From contig NC_089430.1 in the NCBI RefSeq assembly GCF_026210795.1, positions 5,208,001 through 5,272,000 on the forward strand: a stretch of DNA of 64,000 nt, written 5' to 3'. The translations under genes and the position numbers were made by a program. The stretch comes from Rhizophagus irregularis. Lineage: Eukaryota. Below, piece by piece: positions 39,918 to 53,321 of this stretch (its first letter is position 1; every line of letters begins with the position of its first letter). The notes beneath the pieces were generated by a model. That model ran no database searches. It worked only from the letters and a program-made list of their open reading frames with translations, and was not told where the DNA came from.

Positions 39918-42900
39918 TTATTCTATTCTAATTTTTTTTCTTTCACTCTCAGATTCGTTATTTTGACTTAAGGAATGATTTTTTCTTTTACTTCCCGATT
40001 CGCTATTTTGACCTAAGAAAAAAAAAGATTATATTAATTACGAATAAAAAAAAAACATAAAGTTATTATGCAAATATTGATATTTACTATCTTCATTAAC
40101 ATTCAATTGAGAAATAGTAGAAATTTGTGAAGATTCTATTTAATAAATTAAGGCTTATTGTTAGTATTTATAAACTAATATTTTTAAAGTTATAAGTGTA
40201 ATATTTACCATTCTCATTAATATTCAAATGAGAAATATTAATTTGACAAGATTCTAGTTAATAAATTGAAATTTTGTTATTAGTATTTTTAAACTAAATA
40301 TTTTTTGATGTTATAAGTGGAATATTTACCATTCTCATTAATATTCAATTGAGAAATATTGATTTGTAAAGATTCTAGTTAATAAATTGATACTTTTAGT
40401 ATTTTATAAACTAGGTACCAAGACATTACGTAAGTATGCTATTTACCACTAGTATTAATATTCAATTGAGAAAAGTTAAGTTGTAAAGATTCTATTTAAA
40501 AAATTGAAGATTATTATTAGTGTAATATTAACTAATTATATTTAAAAAGTAACAATTAATACCGATTATTAATGTAAGTAAATTACTGTTTGGTTGATTT
40601 ACATACCTGAAAATTCCTTGCTTATTATATTATCATTTTGTTCATAATAATCAACAGAATTTTTTGATTCAGGAAGATTATTAAAATCGAGTAATCTACT
40701 TGTATAAATAGCTTCTGAATGAGTTTTATATGATAGACTAGTTGAAGGTATACTATTTGATAAATTTTTGTTTATTTCATCTGCTTCTTTAATTTGTTTT
40801 TGTATTTCAGTTGAATTTCCTAATCTCCATTTCCATAATTCATCCCTAATCTCTTTTGCTTTTGGTCTATTTAATGGTATTGCATCTAAGCATCTTTTAA
40901 TCAAATGCACAATTAACTGAGGTACTTTAATATTAAACATTGGCCTAAGTCCTTGGCATATTTTTATTGATAAAATTCTATCATGGCTTATATCATGATA
41001 TGGGGGTAGTCCAGAAATTACTTCATACATAATTATACCAAAACTATAAATATCAGCAGCTTTAGTATATTTTTGTCCTCTTAAAATTTCAGGAGCTATA
41101 TAAGATAGAACACCATATATATTGTTTGTTGTATTTTCTGATGCATCATAATCTGCAGGCTTACATAATCCCATATCAGTTATATGAATAACTTCATAAT
41201 TTTTAAGAATATTCCCAATATGTAAATCTCGATGAATTAATTTATTATTATGAATATTCTCAAGTCCAGATGCAATACAACACAAATATTTAATCTTACT
41301 ATCCCAATTTAATTTATTAAAAGCTGTATCCAAATAATTTCGTAAGCTTCCATCTTTTGCATAATCCATAACCATTATATAGTCTTTTGTTTCTGGATCT
41401 TGAGTTATACCATACAGCTTTATAATATAAAAGTTATCTTTCACTTTATTATGCAGCATAACCTACATGTAAAATGCATGTAACAAATATAATATAAGAA
41501 ATTAAGATTCAAATATATCATTAAACAAAAATTGTATGATTACCTCTCTTATAAATTTTAATGTAACATTTTTTGAATTATTTAAACTTTTTAAAGCCAC
41601 AAATTTATTATGATCTTCTCTTTTCCAATTTTGAATTTCATTATCCCATTTGCCTATACATCCAACAAACCAATTCGCACTATATACTTTTCCAAACCCA
41701 CCTTTTGCAATATATTTAATATTATGAAATCTATCATAAGGAATCCATTCTAATGCTTTTTTTACCTTATGATAAGTATGCTCTGATAGCTGAGTATCTT
41801 GAATAAATTTATCAATATTATCATTGCCACTAGTCCAATCTATAAATTTCTGTTGAAAGTGAATTGCATTACATATTTTATTACATATTTTGCATTCATT
41901 ACAATGCAAAACCATCATATAACTTTTGTTTTTAGATCCTGAGTAATTCCACAAGCTTTGTTAATCTACAAATAAAAAAATATTATTAAAAAAAATTAAA
42001 ATTTGCAATTATATTATCAAATCTAAAATAATTTCACCTTCATAGATTCTGATGTAATATTATTTGAATAATTTAAGTTTTCCAAAATTACAGATATATT
42101 TTGATTCTTTCGTTCCCAATTTTGATATTTATTATCCCAATAACTTATATTTCCATCAATCCGCTTTGCTCTATATACTTCACCAAACCCACCTTTTGCA
42201 ATATACTTAATATCATACAATTTACTATAAGGTATCCATTCCAATGCCTCTTTTACATCACAAGCTGATAGCTGAGTATCTTGAATAAATTTATCAATAT
42301 TATCATTACCACTAGTCCAATCCATGAATTTATGTTGAAAATGAATTGCATTGCATATTTTATTGCACTTTTTACATTTATTATTCAAAACCATCATATA
42401 ATTTTTTGTTTCTGGATCCTGAGTTATTCCATAAAATTCATATTCAATTTTAATCTACAAATGTAATAATATGTCAGAAAAATAAAATTTTAAAATTTTG
42501 TTGAGTAACTTCTTAGTATATTACCTTATTTGCAAGTTCAAATGTAAGATCATTTGGAGAAGTTAAACTTCTCAATTTCACAAACATATTAGGATTTCTT
42601 CTAATCCAATTGTTATTTACACTCCAAGAACAAAACATATAATAATTCTCACCTATGTTTCCATCAATCCAAATTGCTCTATACACTTTACCTAACTCAT
42701 CTTTTGTGATATATTTAATGTCGTACAATTTATTATAAGGTATCCATTCTAATGCTTCATTTACATTATCATGGACTGACAGCTGCATAACTTGAATAAA
42801 TTTATCAATATCATTATTTCCACTAGTCCAATTTTTGAAGTTTCGTTGAAAATATATTGAATTACATATTACACTATTACATTTTTCACATATATCGTCC

Positions 42901-45900
42901 AAAACTATCATATAATTTTTTGTTTCTGGATCCTGAGTTATTCCGTAAAATTCATATTTAATCTAAAAATGTAATAATATGTTAGAAAATAAAATTTTAA
43001 AATTTTGTTAAGTAATAAGCTTAGTATACTACCTTATTTGCAAGTTCAAATGTAAGTTCATTTGGAGAATTTAAACTTTTCAAATTCACAAACATATTAA
43101 AAACGTTTCTTATCCAATTTTGGTTTACATCATCCCAATGACTATAATTATTATATTCCCAAACATATTTGGTACCTATCTTTCCATCAATCCAATTTGC
43201 TCTATACACTTCACTAAAATCATCTTTTGAAATATATTTAATGTTATAAAATCTATCATAAGGTATCCATTCTAATATTCCCCTCACATCATAATGAGCT
43301 GATGACTGAGTATCTTGAATAAATTTATCAATATCATCATTACCACTTGTCCAATCTATGAATTTATGTTGAAAATGAATTGCATTACATATTTCATTGC
43401 ACTTTTTACATTTATTATTCAAAACCATCATATAATTTTTTGTTTCTGGATCCTGAGTAATTCCATGAAATTCATATTCAATTTTAATCTACAAATGTAA
43501 TAATATGTCAGAAAAATAAAATTTTAAAATTTTGTTGAGCAATAAGTTTATTAGTATAATACCTTAATTGCAAGTTCAAATGTAAGATCATTTGGAGAAT
43601 TTAAACTTTTCAAATTCACAAACATGTTAAGATTGTTTCTTTCCCAATTTTGATTTTTATCATCCCAACAGTTAGACTTCCAACTATATATACTACCTAT
43701 ATTTCCATCGCTCCATTTTGCTCTATACACTTCACCAAACTCATCTTTTGAAATATATTTAATATTATAAAATCTATTATAAGGTATCCATTCTAATGCC
43801 TCTTTTGCAATATCATGAGCTGATAACTGAGTATCTTGAATAAATTTATCAATATTATCATTACCACTAGTCCAATTTTTGAAATTTTGTTGAAAACGTA
43901 TTGCATAACATATTTTTTTACACATTTTACATTTATTGCAATGTAAAACCATCATATAACTTTTTGTTTCTGGATCCTGAGTAATTCCAAAAGCTTTGTT
44001 AATCTACAAATAAAATATATTATTAAAAAAAATTAAAAATTTGCAATTTACATTATCAAATCTAAAATTAATTTTACCTTCTTCATAAATTCTGATGTAA
44101 TATTATTTGAATAATTTAAGTTTTCCAAAATTACAGATAAATTTTGATTCTTTCATTTCCAATTTTGATATTTATTATCCCAATAACTTATATTTCCATC
44201 AATCCGCTTTGCTCTATATACTTCACCAAACCCACCTTTTGCAATATACTTAATATCATACAATTTACTATAAGGTATCCATTCCAATGCCTCTTTTACA
44301 TCACAAGCTGATAGCTGAGTATCTTGAATAAATTTATCAATATTATCATTACCACTAGTCCAATCCATGAATTTATGTTGAAAATGAATTGCATTGCATA
44401 TTTTATTGCACTTTTTACATTTATTATTCAAAACCATCATATAATTTTTTGTTTCTGGATCCTGAGTTATTCCATAAAATTCATATTCAATTTTAATCTA
44501 CAAATGTAATAATATGTCAGAAAAATAAAATTTTAAAATTTTGTTGAGTAATAATACTAACCTTATTTGCAAGTTCAAATGTAAGATCATTTGGAGAATT
44601 TAAACTTTTCAAATTCACAAACATATTCAGTTTGTCTCTTATCCAATTTTGATTTTCATAATTCCAGTAACTTATATTTCCATCAATCCAATTTGCACTA
44701 TATACTTTATTAAACTCATCATTTGCAATATATTTAATATCATACAATCTATTATAAGATATCCATTCTAATACCCAATCTACATCACAAGCTGATAGTT
44801 GAATATCTTGAATAAATCTATCAATATCATCATTACCACTAGTCCAATCTATGAATTTATGTTGAAAATGAATTGCATTGCATATTTTATTGCACTTTTT
44901 ACATTTATTATTCAAAACCATCATATAATTTTTTGTTTCTGGATCCTGAGTTATTCCATAAAATTCATATTCAATTTTAATCTACAAATGTAATAATATG
45001 TTAGAAAAATAAAATTTTAAAATTTTGTTAAGTAATAAGCTTATTAATATACTACTACCTTATTTGCAAGTTCAAATGTAAGATCATTTGGAGTATTTAA
45101 ACATTTCAAATTCACAAACATATTAAGATTGTTTCTTTTCCAATTTTGTTTTACATTATCCCAACAATTATTATATTCATTACTTATGTTTCCATCAATC
45201 CAATTTGCTCTATACACTTCACCAAATTTCTCTTTTGAAATATATTTAATATTATACAATCTATTATAAGGTATCCATTCTAATGCTTCTCTTGCATAAT
45301 CATGAGCTAATAACTGAACATCCTGAATAAATTTATCAATATTATTATTGCCACTAGTCCAATCTATGAATCTATGTTGAAAATGAATTGCATTACATAT
45401 TCCATTGCACTTTTTACATTTATTATTCAAAACCATCATATAATTTTTTGTTTCTGGATCCTGAGTTATTCCATAGAATTCATATTTAATCTACAAATGT
45501 AATATGTTAGAAAAATAAATTTTAAATCTTGTTAAGTAATAAGCTTATTAGTATACTACCTTATTTGCAAGTTCAAATGTAAGATCATTTGGAGAATTTA
45601 AACTTTTCAAATTCACAAACATATTAGGATAGTTTCTTTTCCAATTATGTTTTAATACATCACCCCAATAATTATAACTATAATATTTATCAATTATGTT
45701 CCCATCAAACCAATTTGCTCTATACACTTTACCTAACTCATCTTTCGTAATATATTTAATGTCATACAATTTATCATAAGGTATCCATTCTAATGCATTA
45801 TTTACTTCATAGAATGTATGTGCTGATAACTGAGTATCTTGAATAAATTTATCAATTCCTTCATTACCACTAGTCCAATCTTTGAAGTTTTGTTGAAAAC

Positions 45901-45976
45901 GAATTGCGTTACATCTATAATTACATTCTTTACATATCTCGTAACCATCCGGCTGAACTAGCCCAAAAGAATCCAT
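39918..45976 (-). pseudogene. Multi-module TKL-like kinase, gene 3: 9 module exons, kinase exon, 4 micro-exons, terminal exon; disrupted as written
   Basis: Module exons 45976-45560, 45490-45059, 44981-44562, 44497-44078, 44003-43563, 43488-43033, 42962-42525, 42454-42038, 41965-41544; kinase exon 41462-40607; micro-exons 40491-40447, 40374-40330, 40253-40209, 40135-40088; last exon 40012-39918. In-frame TGA at 44155-44153 and a 1-nt deletion near 41925. Confidence 0.75.
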
Positions 45977-45989
45977 GAACAAGAATTTT

Positions 45990-48900
45990 ACAACCTATAA
46001 ATAAATTTAGTTTTACGATGACAATTTAATATAAAAAGGCTAAAAAAATTTGTGCAGGTTAAAAAGTGAAAAAAGTATTGCTTCGTTCCAAGATCATATA
46101 AATAGAAAGCCAAACATTGTAGAAATCACGTGTAATGTATATCATGTGACTTGAATTAAAGAAGTCACGTACATCATTGTAATGCCGACTGGATTCGTTG
46201 GATACAGATTGAATTATGCATACGGCCTTGAAGGAAAGATGTATAGAACTGGTCCTCCACAAATTTCGAGCTCTTCCACAATAAAAAATATCGAAATGAT
46301 TCTTTAGTTTACGTGTTTCAGCGCAGTAACAGTAAATACTATTACACAGAATTCTTGGCAAACAACGATTCGTTACTCCAATGCATAACTAATAAATAAT
46401 TAATGAAAGAATAAAAGCGTTGACTCTTTCATACCTTCCACATATAGGCTTTGATTTGTACGTCAAAAAACTAACTGCGGAAATGCTTATTGAAGTAACA
46501 CGAAATTCCGAAACATTTATATGAGTGGCGAAGTACGTTGTGCAAAATAGAATAGGAATACACAAGTGTAAAGTGTAACCAATCCTTTATCATCAAAATA
46601 TCAAAACAATCATATGAAAATTAAAAATATTTTTTAAATATTGATCTACGACAAAAAAAGTTTTTTTATTTTAAATGACACTTTTTTATTTTTAAATGAC
46701 ACCTATTGTATAAACTTATTATTTTAATACCTAGGATCTTTTGTTTCAGGATAGATGGATACTATATAGTAATATATTATTATTATTTTTTTTTTTATTA
46801 AGATAAAGAGTCATTGTTGTTTTTCCATTTTATCCTTTTTAAATTTTTCGGCAAAAAAAAATTTGTTTAATCGACATAGCCACGTTATTATTGTTCACTT
46901 GCATGTTTTTCATTTTCATTTTACTTGAAAAAAAAAAAAAAAAAAATTTCTTTTTTTAATAAAAACCCGAAGAAAAAACCTGGTTCGTATGGTTCGTGCT
47001 TATATTTTCCAATTATGTCTAGGTCACTTTTTTATGGGTCCTATGAACCCGCAGTAGAAATATTTATTAATAAAATAGAACAAGGTTATTAAAAAAAAAA
47101 TGTTTCATTTTTAACGGAAATAGGCTTAGACTTTTTTTTTCTTTTTTATTTACTTCTTATCATAGGTAACACAATGTATAAATAATCAACATTTTATTTT
47201 ATTTTTTTGAAAAAATTTTAATTTATTAATTTCCCATCTAATTAAAAAAAAAAATCTCTTTTTTTTTTAATGTATCGGTTATATATATATACATATATGT
47301 ATTCTTTTTTATATATATATATAAATATATATACGAGTTTCTTATTATATATATAAACATGTTCTTGTTTATCCAAAATGTCGAACACTTTTTTTTTTTT
47401 CAAATGTTGTACTTTTTCTTTTTCTTTCTATACAATGTAGGACAAAAGAAAAAATAAATAAAATAGTAACAAGCAATAAAAAAGAGAAAATTAATAATTG
47501 AAATTATTTTTTTTTTTTTCTCAATGAAAAATAGAGCATTGAAAAAAGAACTTCCCAAAAAAGATTAATTTTATTTTTAAAACATTTTTTATTTTTTTAT
47601 TTTTTATTTTATTTTATTTATTTTTTTTTTAATTAAAAATTGATGAAACTTTATTAACGAAAAAAAATAAAATTTTTTTTTTTCGCCCTACGCCTCAAAA
47701 AAAAAAAAAAGAAAAATAGTAACAATTTGTAATAATAAATAATAAATAATAAAAAAAATATAAAAATAAAATAAAAAATTCCCGCGAAAAAATCAAAAAA
47801 GGGAACAAAAGAGAATATCTGATAATGCATGATCTGCGAAAAATTGATGGTTTATTGATGTAGTTGATGTTATCCGCCGAATTGCATATCATCTTCTATG
47901 AAACATATTGTATTATCGGAGGTATCGGGAAACATTAAAACAATTACAAGCACTGTAAGTCTGTAAGTCTTTAAGTACTGTTTAAAATAATAATTAAAAA
48001 AAATTTATTATTATTATTAAAAAATTTATTATTATTATTAAGTTGTCAAAAGAACAAGTTTATTACAAGAAAAGGGATGTTTGTGGGTAAGTCAAGTGAT
48101 ATTTATTTGTGAGACGTACGTGAGAGATTTTTCTTTTTATTATTTATTTATTTGGTGGGGTTATTGTTTCACAAAGAAAGAATTGAAGAAATTCAAAACT
48201 CGCGAAAGGGCGGTTTATTTTGGCAAAAAGATAAACAAATTTTTATTTAAATAGTTAATTTTACAGACAAAGACTTGGCAGAATTATTTAATTGGTGTTC
48301 AACTTTTTCATACTACACAAAATTTGGTAACATTTTTCCAATTTTTTTTTATCTCACGAAATACGAAATGTATCCTTTTTGCCTTTGCTTTAAAAAAAAA
48401 ATAGATACATTTGCCAAGGATATAAAAAAGCAAAAGGATATTCTGGTATTCAATTTTTTTTTTAATTATGATTACATTTTTTTTCTTTTTTGTGTGAAAT
48501 CTTAATCAGAGATTTTAAAGATTTTTTTTTATATTAAAACATTAAAACAAATAAATCATATTATTCACATCATCACATGAAATATGTGTTTCATACTTTT
48601 GGTTTTACGTATGTCCTACCTTTCATTTTTTAAAACAAATAAAGTGTACTTTTTTTCCCCACAAAAAAAAAGAAAAGAAATTTAAGGACATTTTGTTTAC
48701 ATTTGATTGTCTATCCTTTTTTTTATTATTATTATTATTATTATTAACATCACTTATTATTATTATTATTTATTCATTGAAAATAATAATAAAGACAATA
48801 ATAATTATAATAAAAACGTTTCATAAAAATAAATATCTTGATATATCATTATAGAAAAACTTAATAATCAAACTAAAAAAGAATGAACGTGGGATTTATT

Positions 48901-49680
48901 GTTTAAAACCTTAAAAAAATCAGGCGGTAATGAATGACTAATTTTTTTTTTTTTAAAAAAAAAATTATAGTTTAGTTGGGGTTAATTTTCGGTGAGAATC
49001 GGTTTGTTTTTGATTCATTTTGGATATTTTGAATTATTTTGGTCTTTTTGATATCAGAAATATCTCTCTTTTGCGCCAGAATTACCAAAAATTTCAGTTA
49101 CCGCAGAATATTTAACCTTATTGGTTTACGATGCTTGATAAAGTACATTTTTTAAAGTTTCGTAAATGTGCTTGATCATGATATAATAACTGTACGCCCT
49201 ATTGTTAATCAAATCACGAGAACGTGGTTAGCAGTAAATGATAAGCGACAATTTGAAAAAATATTCTCTGTGGAAAAAGACAAAAAAAAAAAAAGATTTG
49301 TGAAAAAAAGAAAAAAATGTTTCTTTTTAAAAAAAAAATTTATTTTTAATCAATGAATTTCTTTTTGTGATTAACAACGATTTTTATTTTTTTTTTAAAA
49401 AAAAATAAAAGATAAAAAAAAAAATTCGTACAATTTTTTTTTAAGAAAATGTGAATAAAGTTATTCCATGACAAAAAATGAATAATATATAAAAAAAGGA
49501 AAAAAGTAGAGAAAAAAAAATTCCTATGTACAAGTGCAAAGATCCTCACATTAAAGAAAGGAATGAGATAAAAAAATATATATGTGAAAATAATTGTCTA
49601 TTAATTTTGAACCTCCAAATAATGCAATCCTTCTCCTCCCCCACATTATATTTTTGGTTAAAAAAATATAATAATAATAA
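45990..49680. repeat. Segmental duplication copy B (upstream of kinase gene 3)
   Basis: Collinear with 32480-35560; partial copies also near 5960-8300 and 15690-16740. Confidence 0.85.
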
Positions 49681-49791
49681 TAATAAAAAAACATTAGAAA
49701 AAAAGAATAAACCGAGAAAAAAAAAATAAAAGAAAATAAAATGTCCCGAGAAATATTACGATATAAAAAATATTATTATTAAAAAATAAAA

Positions 49792-50067
49792 TTATATTTT
49801 ACTCTGAATCGTACCAAGATACTGATGGAAATTACCCTCTTGAAAATTACGATAATATTGTTGAAATTCGGCAATATTTATGGTTCTTGCGCGTTGTGGC
49901 GCGGGAAGCGGTTTAACAACACCTTCTTGTTTACCAATATCAGCCATAGTTTGTAACATAGGATCTTTAAGTAATCTTTCAACAAAAGTATCTCTTCGAC
50001 GACGTCTTGGGAAGGTTTGTGAACGGGTAACTTCAGGTCTCACTTGTGGAGCAACGAAAGTTGACAT
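49792..50067 (-). CDS. Small intronless hypothetical protein, 91 aa
   Basis: ATG in caaATG context, higher GC than the flanks, non-random composition with basophilic Thr motifs (RSQTFP, RRRRRDT, RART); TA-repeat/TATA region upstream at about 50290. Confidence 0.7.
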   Translation of the reverse strand: MSTFVAPQVRPEVTRSQTFPRRRRRDTFVERLLKDPMLQTMADIGKQEGVVKPLPAPQRARTINIAEFQQYYRNFQEGNFHQYLGTIQSKI

Positions 50068-53000
50068 TTGTGAAAAAGAGAATAAAGATATAGATAAAAA
50101 AAAATGTTATGACGGCGTAAACAATTTATTTTTTTTTTTTGATCTTATTTGTAGACCAAAGTGTAAGAAAACCCAGAGGCTTTGACGGATAAAAATAATA
50201 AAATTTTTCAAAAAAAATTGTAAAACACAATTTTATTTTATATTTTTTACGAAAAGAAATTTTTTTGAGAAAAAAAAAATGGACGCCTGTTTATATATAT
50301 ATATATATAGATAAATAGAGGTAACAACGAGAATAATAAAAAAAAAATATATATACAGATAAAACTAAATGAGTACACAGAGGACGGTGGTACAATTTTT
50401 GTTATTGTTTAGGTGCACCCCACGCTCACTGGATAAAATATTCCCATATAACTAAATTTTATTGGCGTTTTACTCAAAGAGAAATCTCACGCTTTTTTTT
50501 TTCTTATCAAAGAATGTCATCTGATGTAGCACAATTAAATTGGTTTTCAAAGATTATATGCAGTGTACTGTGACAATCAAATGGATTAAATATATTGAAA
50601 TAAAAAATTTTTTTTTATGATCAACTAAGAAAAAAAAAAAAAAGATTTTTAATTTCTCTTTTTCGATCGAACTTTTTTCCTTTTTACTTTTTGTTATCAA
50701 TGATCCCAATAAAAAATCAGGTGTTAATTTTATAGTTTCATTTCATACGCAGAGATTTCAAACCATACTCGTATGAGAGTAATGAGAACTCAAATGTGTA
50801 CCAAAGTGAAACTTTAAAAAAAAAAAAAAGAATTATTTGTTTATTAAGTAAAGTAAGTAATTAATTATCATGTTATAATCAGGATTTCGGATCTTTTTTC
50901 TTTGAAAAATATAAATTTTTCAATTTTTCCTTGTTTTTCATTTCGTACATTTCTTAATAGTTGATCATCAAATGCCCCACATTTTTTATCTTATCACAAA
51001 ATGTTTATTATGTAGTACTGCGTAGATCATCTATTTTAACCTGTTCGACTGCGGTGTAAAAAAATTTATATTCCCGATATTTATACCGACTGTATTACTG
51101 TATATACTGTAAGTAATACTTGTATATATAAATCAATATAATCAATATGCAGAATCATCAGCCAATAATATGATTTAATTTTGACATGTTTTCATTTGAA
51201 TATAATATATACGTTAATCAACAAATTTTCCAGCAATTTCTTTTAACCAATTAATTTTAATTGATTTAAATATTAAATACCTTATTAGTGTTTAGAATTA
51301 ATTTCCTTGGTTTAAAAAAAATTATTTCATTAATATTATGCTAATCTATGGTAGGTTACTTAATATTTAAAATACAGCTCCTGTCGGCCTTTTAATCTAC
51401 AAAATTAGTTTCAAAAAAAAAAGAAATTCTTTTTTTGGACATTAAAGTTTTTACTATTAGAAAAATGAGTAAAGAAAAGATATTCCACGCATATATTTTG
51501 CATGATCTTATCTTTTTCGGTTCCTATGTTACGAAAATATGACAATAGTTTAATATCTAAATTTAGTTTCATGAAAGGTTATTTTTTTCCTTTAACAAAA
51601 GAAAAGGTTTAATTAAATAAATTACTTAAGAATATTCATTTATAAAAAAAAAACAAGGAAATTTCCTTTAATAATATTCTTTCATATGCAAAAATCTGGT
51701 GACTACGAATGTGTTTCAACCTTCTATGCATAATTTTTCTTCTATATTTTTAAACTTTAAAAAAATTCCCCCTTACTTTCTTTCTTTCTTTTAAATTCGT
51801 TCGTTCGCGTTCAATATTACGTACGACAACAACGTCACTTAGACTTTTATAAACTTATAAACTTTACTATAATTGAAAAAAAAATTTTTTTTTTTTCTCT
51901 TTTATGATAAAAAAAGAAATAAATTACGGATTTATTACAATATTTTTAATATTTTTGTAACCTGATGAAACGCGAAACTTTTTTTTTCTTTCATGATTTT
52001 GACTTTTTTTGAAACTTCTAGATTATTTTATTAGATTATTTAGATAATAGAGATTATAAGAGATTATGGGAAAGGATATCATTATATTCACATGTTTTTT
52101 TAATGATTTTTTTATCTTTTGATAGTCTATCATTTCTCTTCTTATTGACGATTATATAAGCATTTTGTATTCTTTCTTTTATATAAATAAGGTTTGATTG
52201 TCTTTTTGACTTCCTGTTTTTCCTGCTATTTCTTGTTAATTTAATTTATAAATACGGCTCAAAGAATATATATATATATATTATAAGTTACTTATAATAC
52301 ATGTACTATACTTTTTCAATAAATTCAATAAATTCTGAAAAGTAAAATAAATAAATAAATAAAATAAATATAAAATAAAAATAAAAAATAAAATAAAATA
52401 AATAAATAAATAAATTCGGTATTTTTATAATTGGTTTAAATAATCATCGGATCTAAACTCGTTTTAATTAATAAGTTGGTGAATTATGTTGTGTCATGTT
52501 AATCCACTTATAAACTGTAATACTTGTAATACTTGTAATACTATGAATAACTTATTATGGAACCATCCAAAGGTGTGGTGTTACCCGATTTCTGTTCTTA
52601 ATTAACCATAAAAATTTTATCGTCAAACTGAATAAAGTAAATTGATACATGATACCATCAAATCAAACAAATTTGGCTTATCTACTTTTTAATACCTGTT
52701 ATACCTTGTTCAACAGAAAAAAAAATTGAAATTTTTTTTTTAAAAAAAAAAGGAATCAAAAAATAGAAAGAGAAAGAATAATATTAGAAAAAAAATTACT
52801 TTTTCGTAATATTCATATAATTTTTAATAAATCGATATACCAATACGCCCAATATGGTACAATAAGGTTCATATGACCTTTTTTTTTGTATATATCGGAC
52901 TATCGGTTAAATTTTATCCGTAAAAATATTGGTTTTTTCGGACTTCGGTTCAATTAAAAGTTACTCGAATCCCGTTGAAGGTACTTGAAGGTTCCAGTAA

Positions 53001-53321
53001 ATAATATGTCCAATATGACGGTATGAGTGTATGACGTTTATTAATATGACGTTCAAGTTATTACTCGTAATTTAAAAATATTGAAATTATTTTCTAGATT
53101 GTTTATAGCTTACGAATTTTTTTTTTTATTCCGTATTCCGTATTTCCGTATTTCCGTATAATAGGAAAAATTCTCTATAAATATGGGTCTTGAAAACTTT
53201 TGGATGAATAAATCATTACATTTTTTTAATATTTTTCTTTTAAAAGATCAATTACAACCAGATTAACAACAAAAAAATATATTCAAATATTTTCAAATAT
53301 ATTTCAATTTCTCAAAAAAAA

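Noticed and set aside
26316..44993. Many near-identical plus-strand ORFs beginning MNKFINIIITTSPI
   Set aside because: Antisense shadows of the conserved WTSGNxxIDKFIQ / TQDPETKNY module; mostly TTG starts and no independent coding signal.
46059..46361. ORFs 46059-46361 and 32587-32769 with similar translations
   Set aside because: Similarity comes from the duplicated upstream DNA; start and frame are not conserved between copies.
49880..50185. 101-aa plus-strand ORF
   Set aside because: Antisense overlap of the better-supported 91-aa gene, running into A/T tracts.
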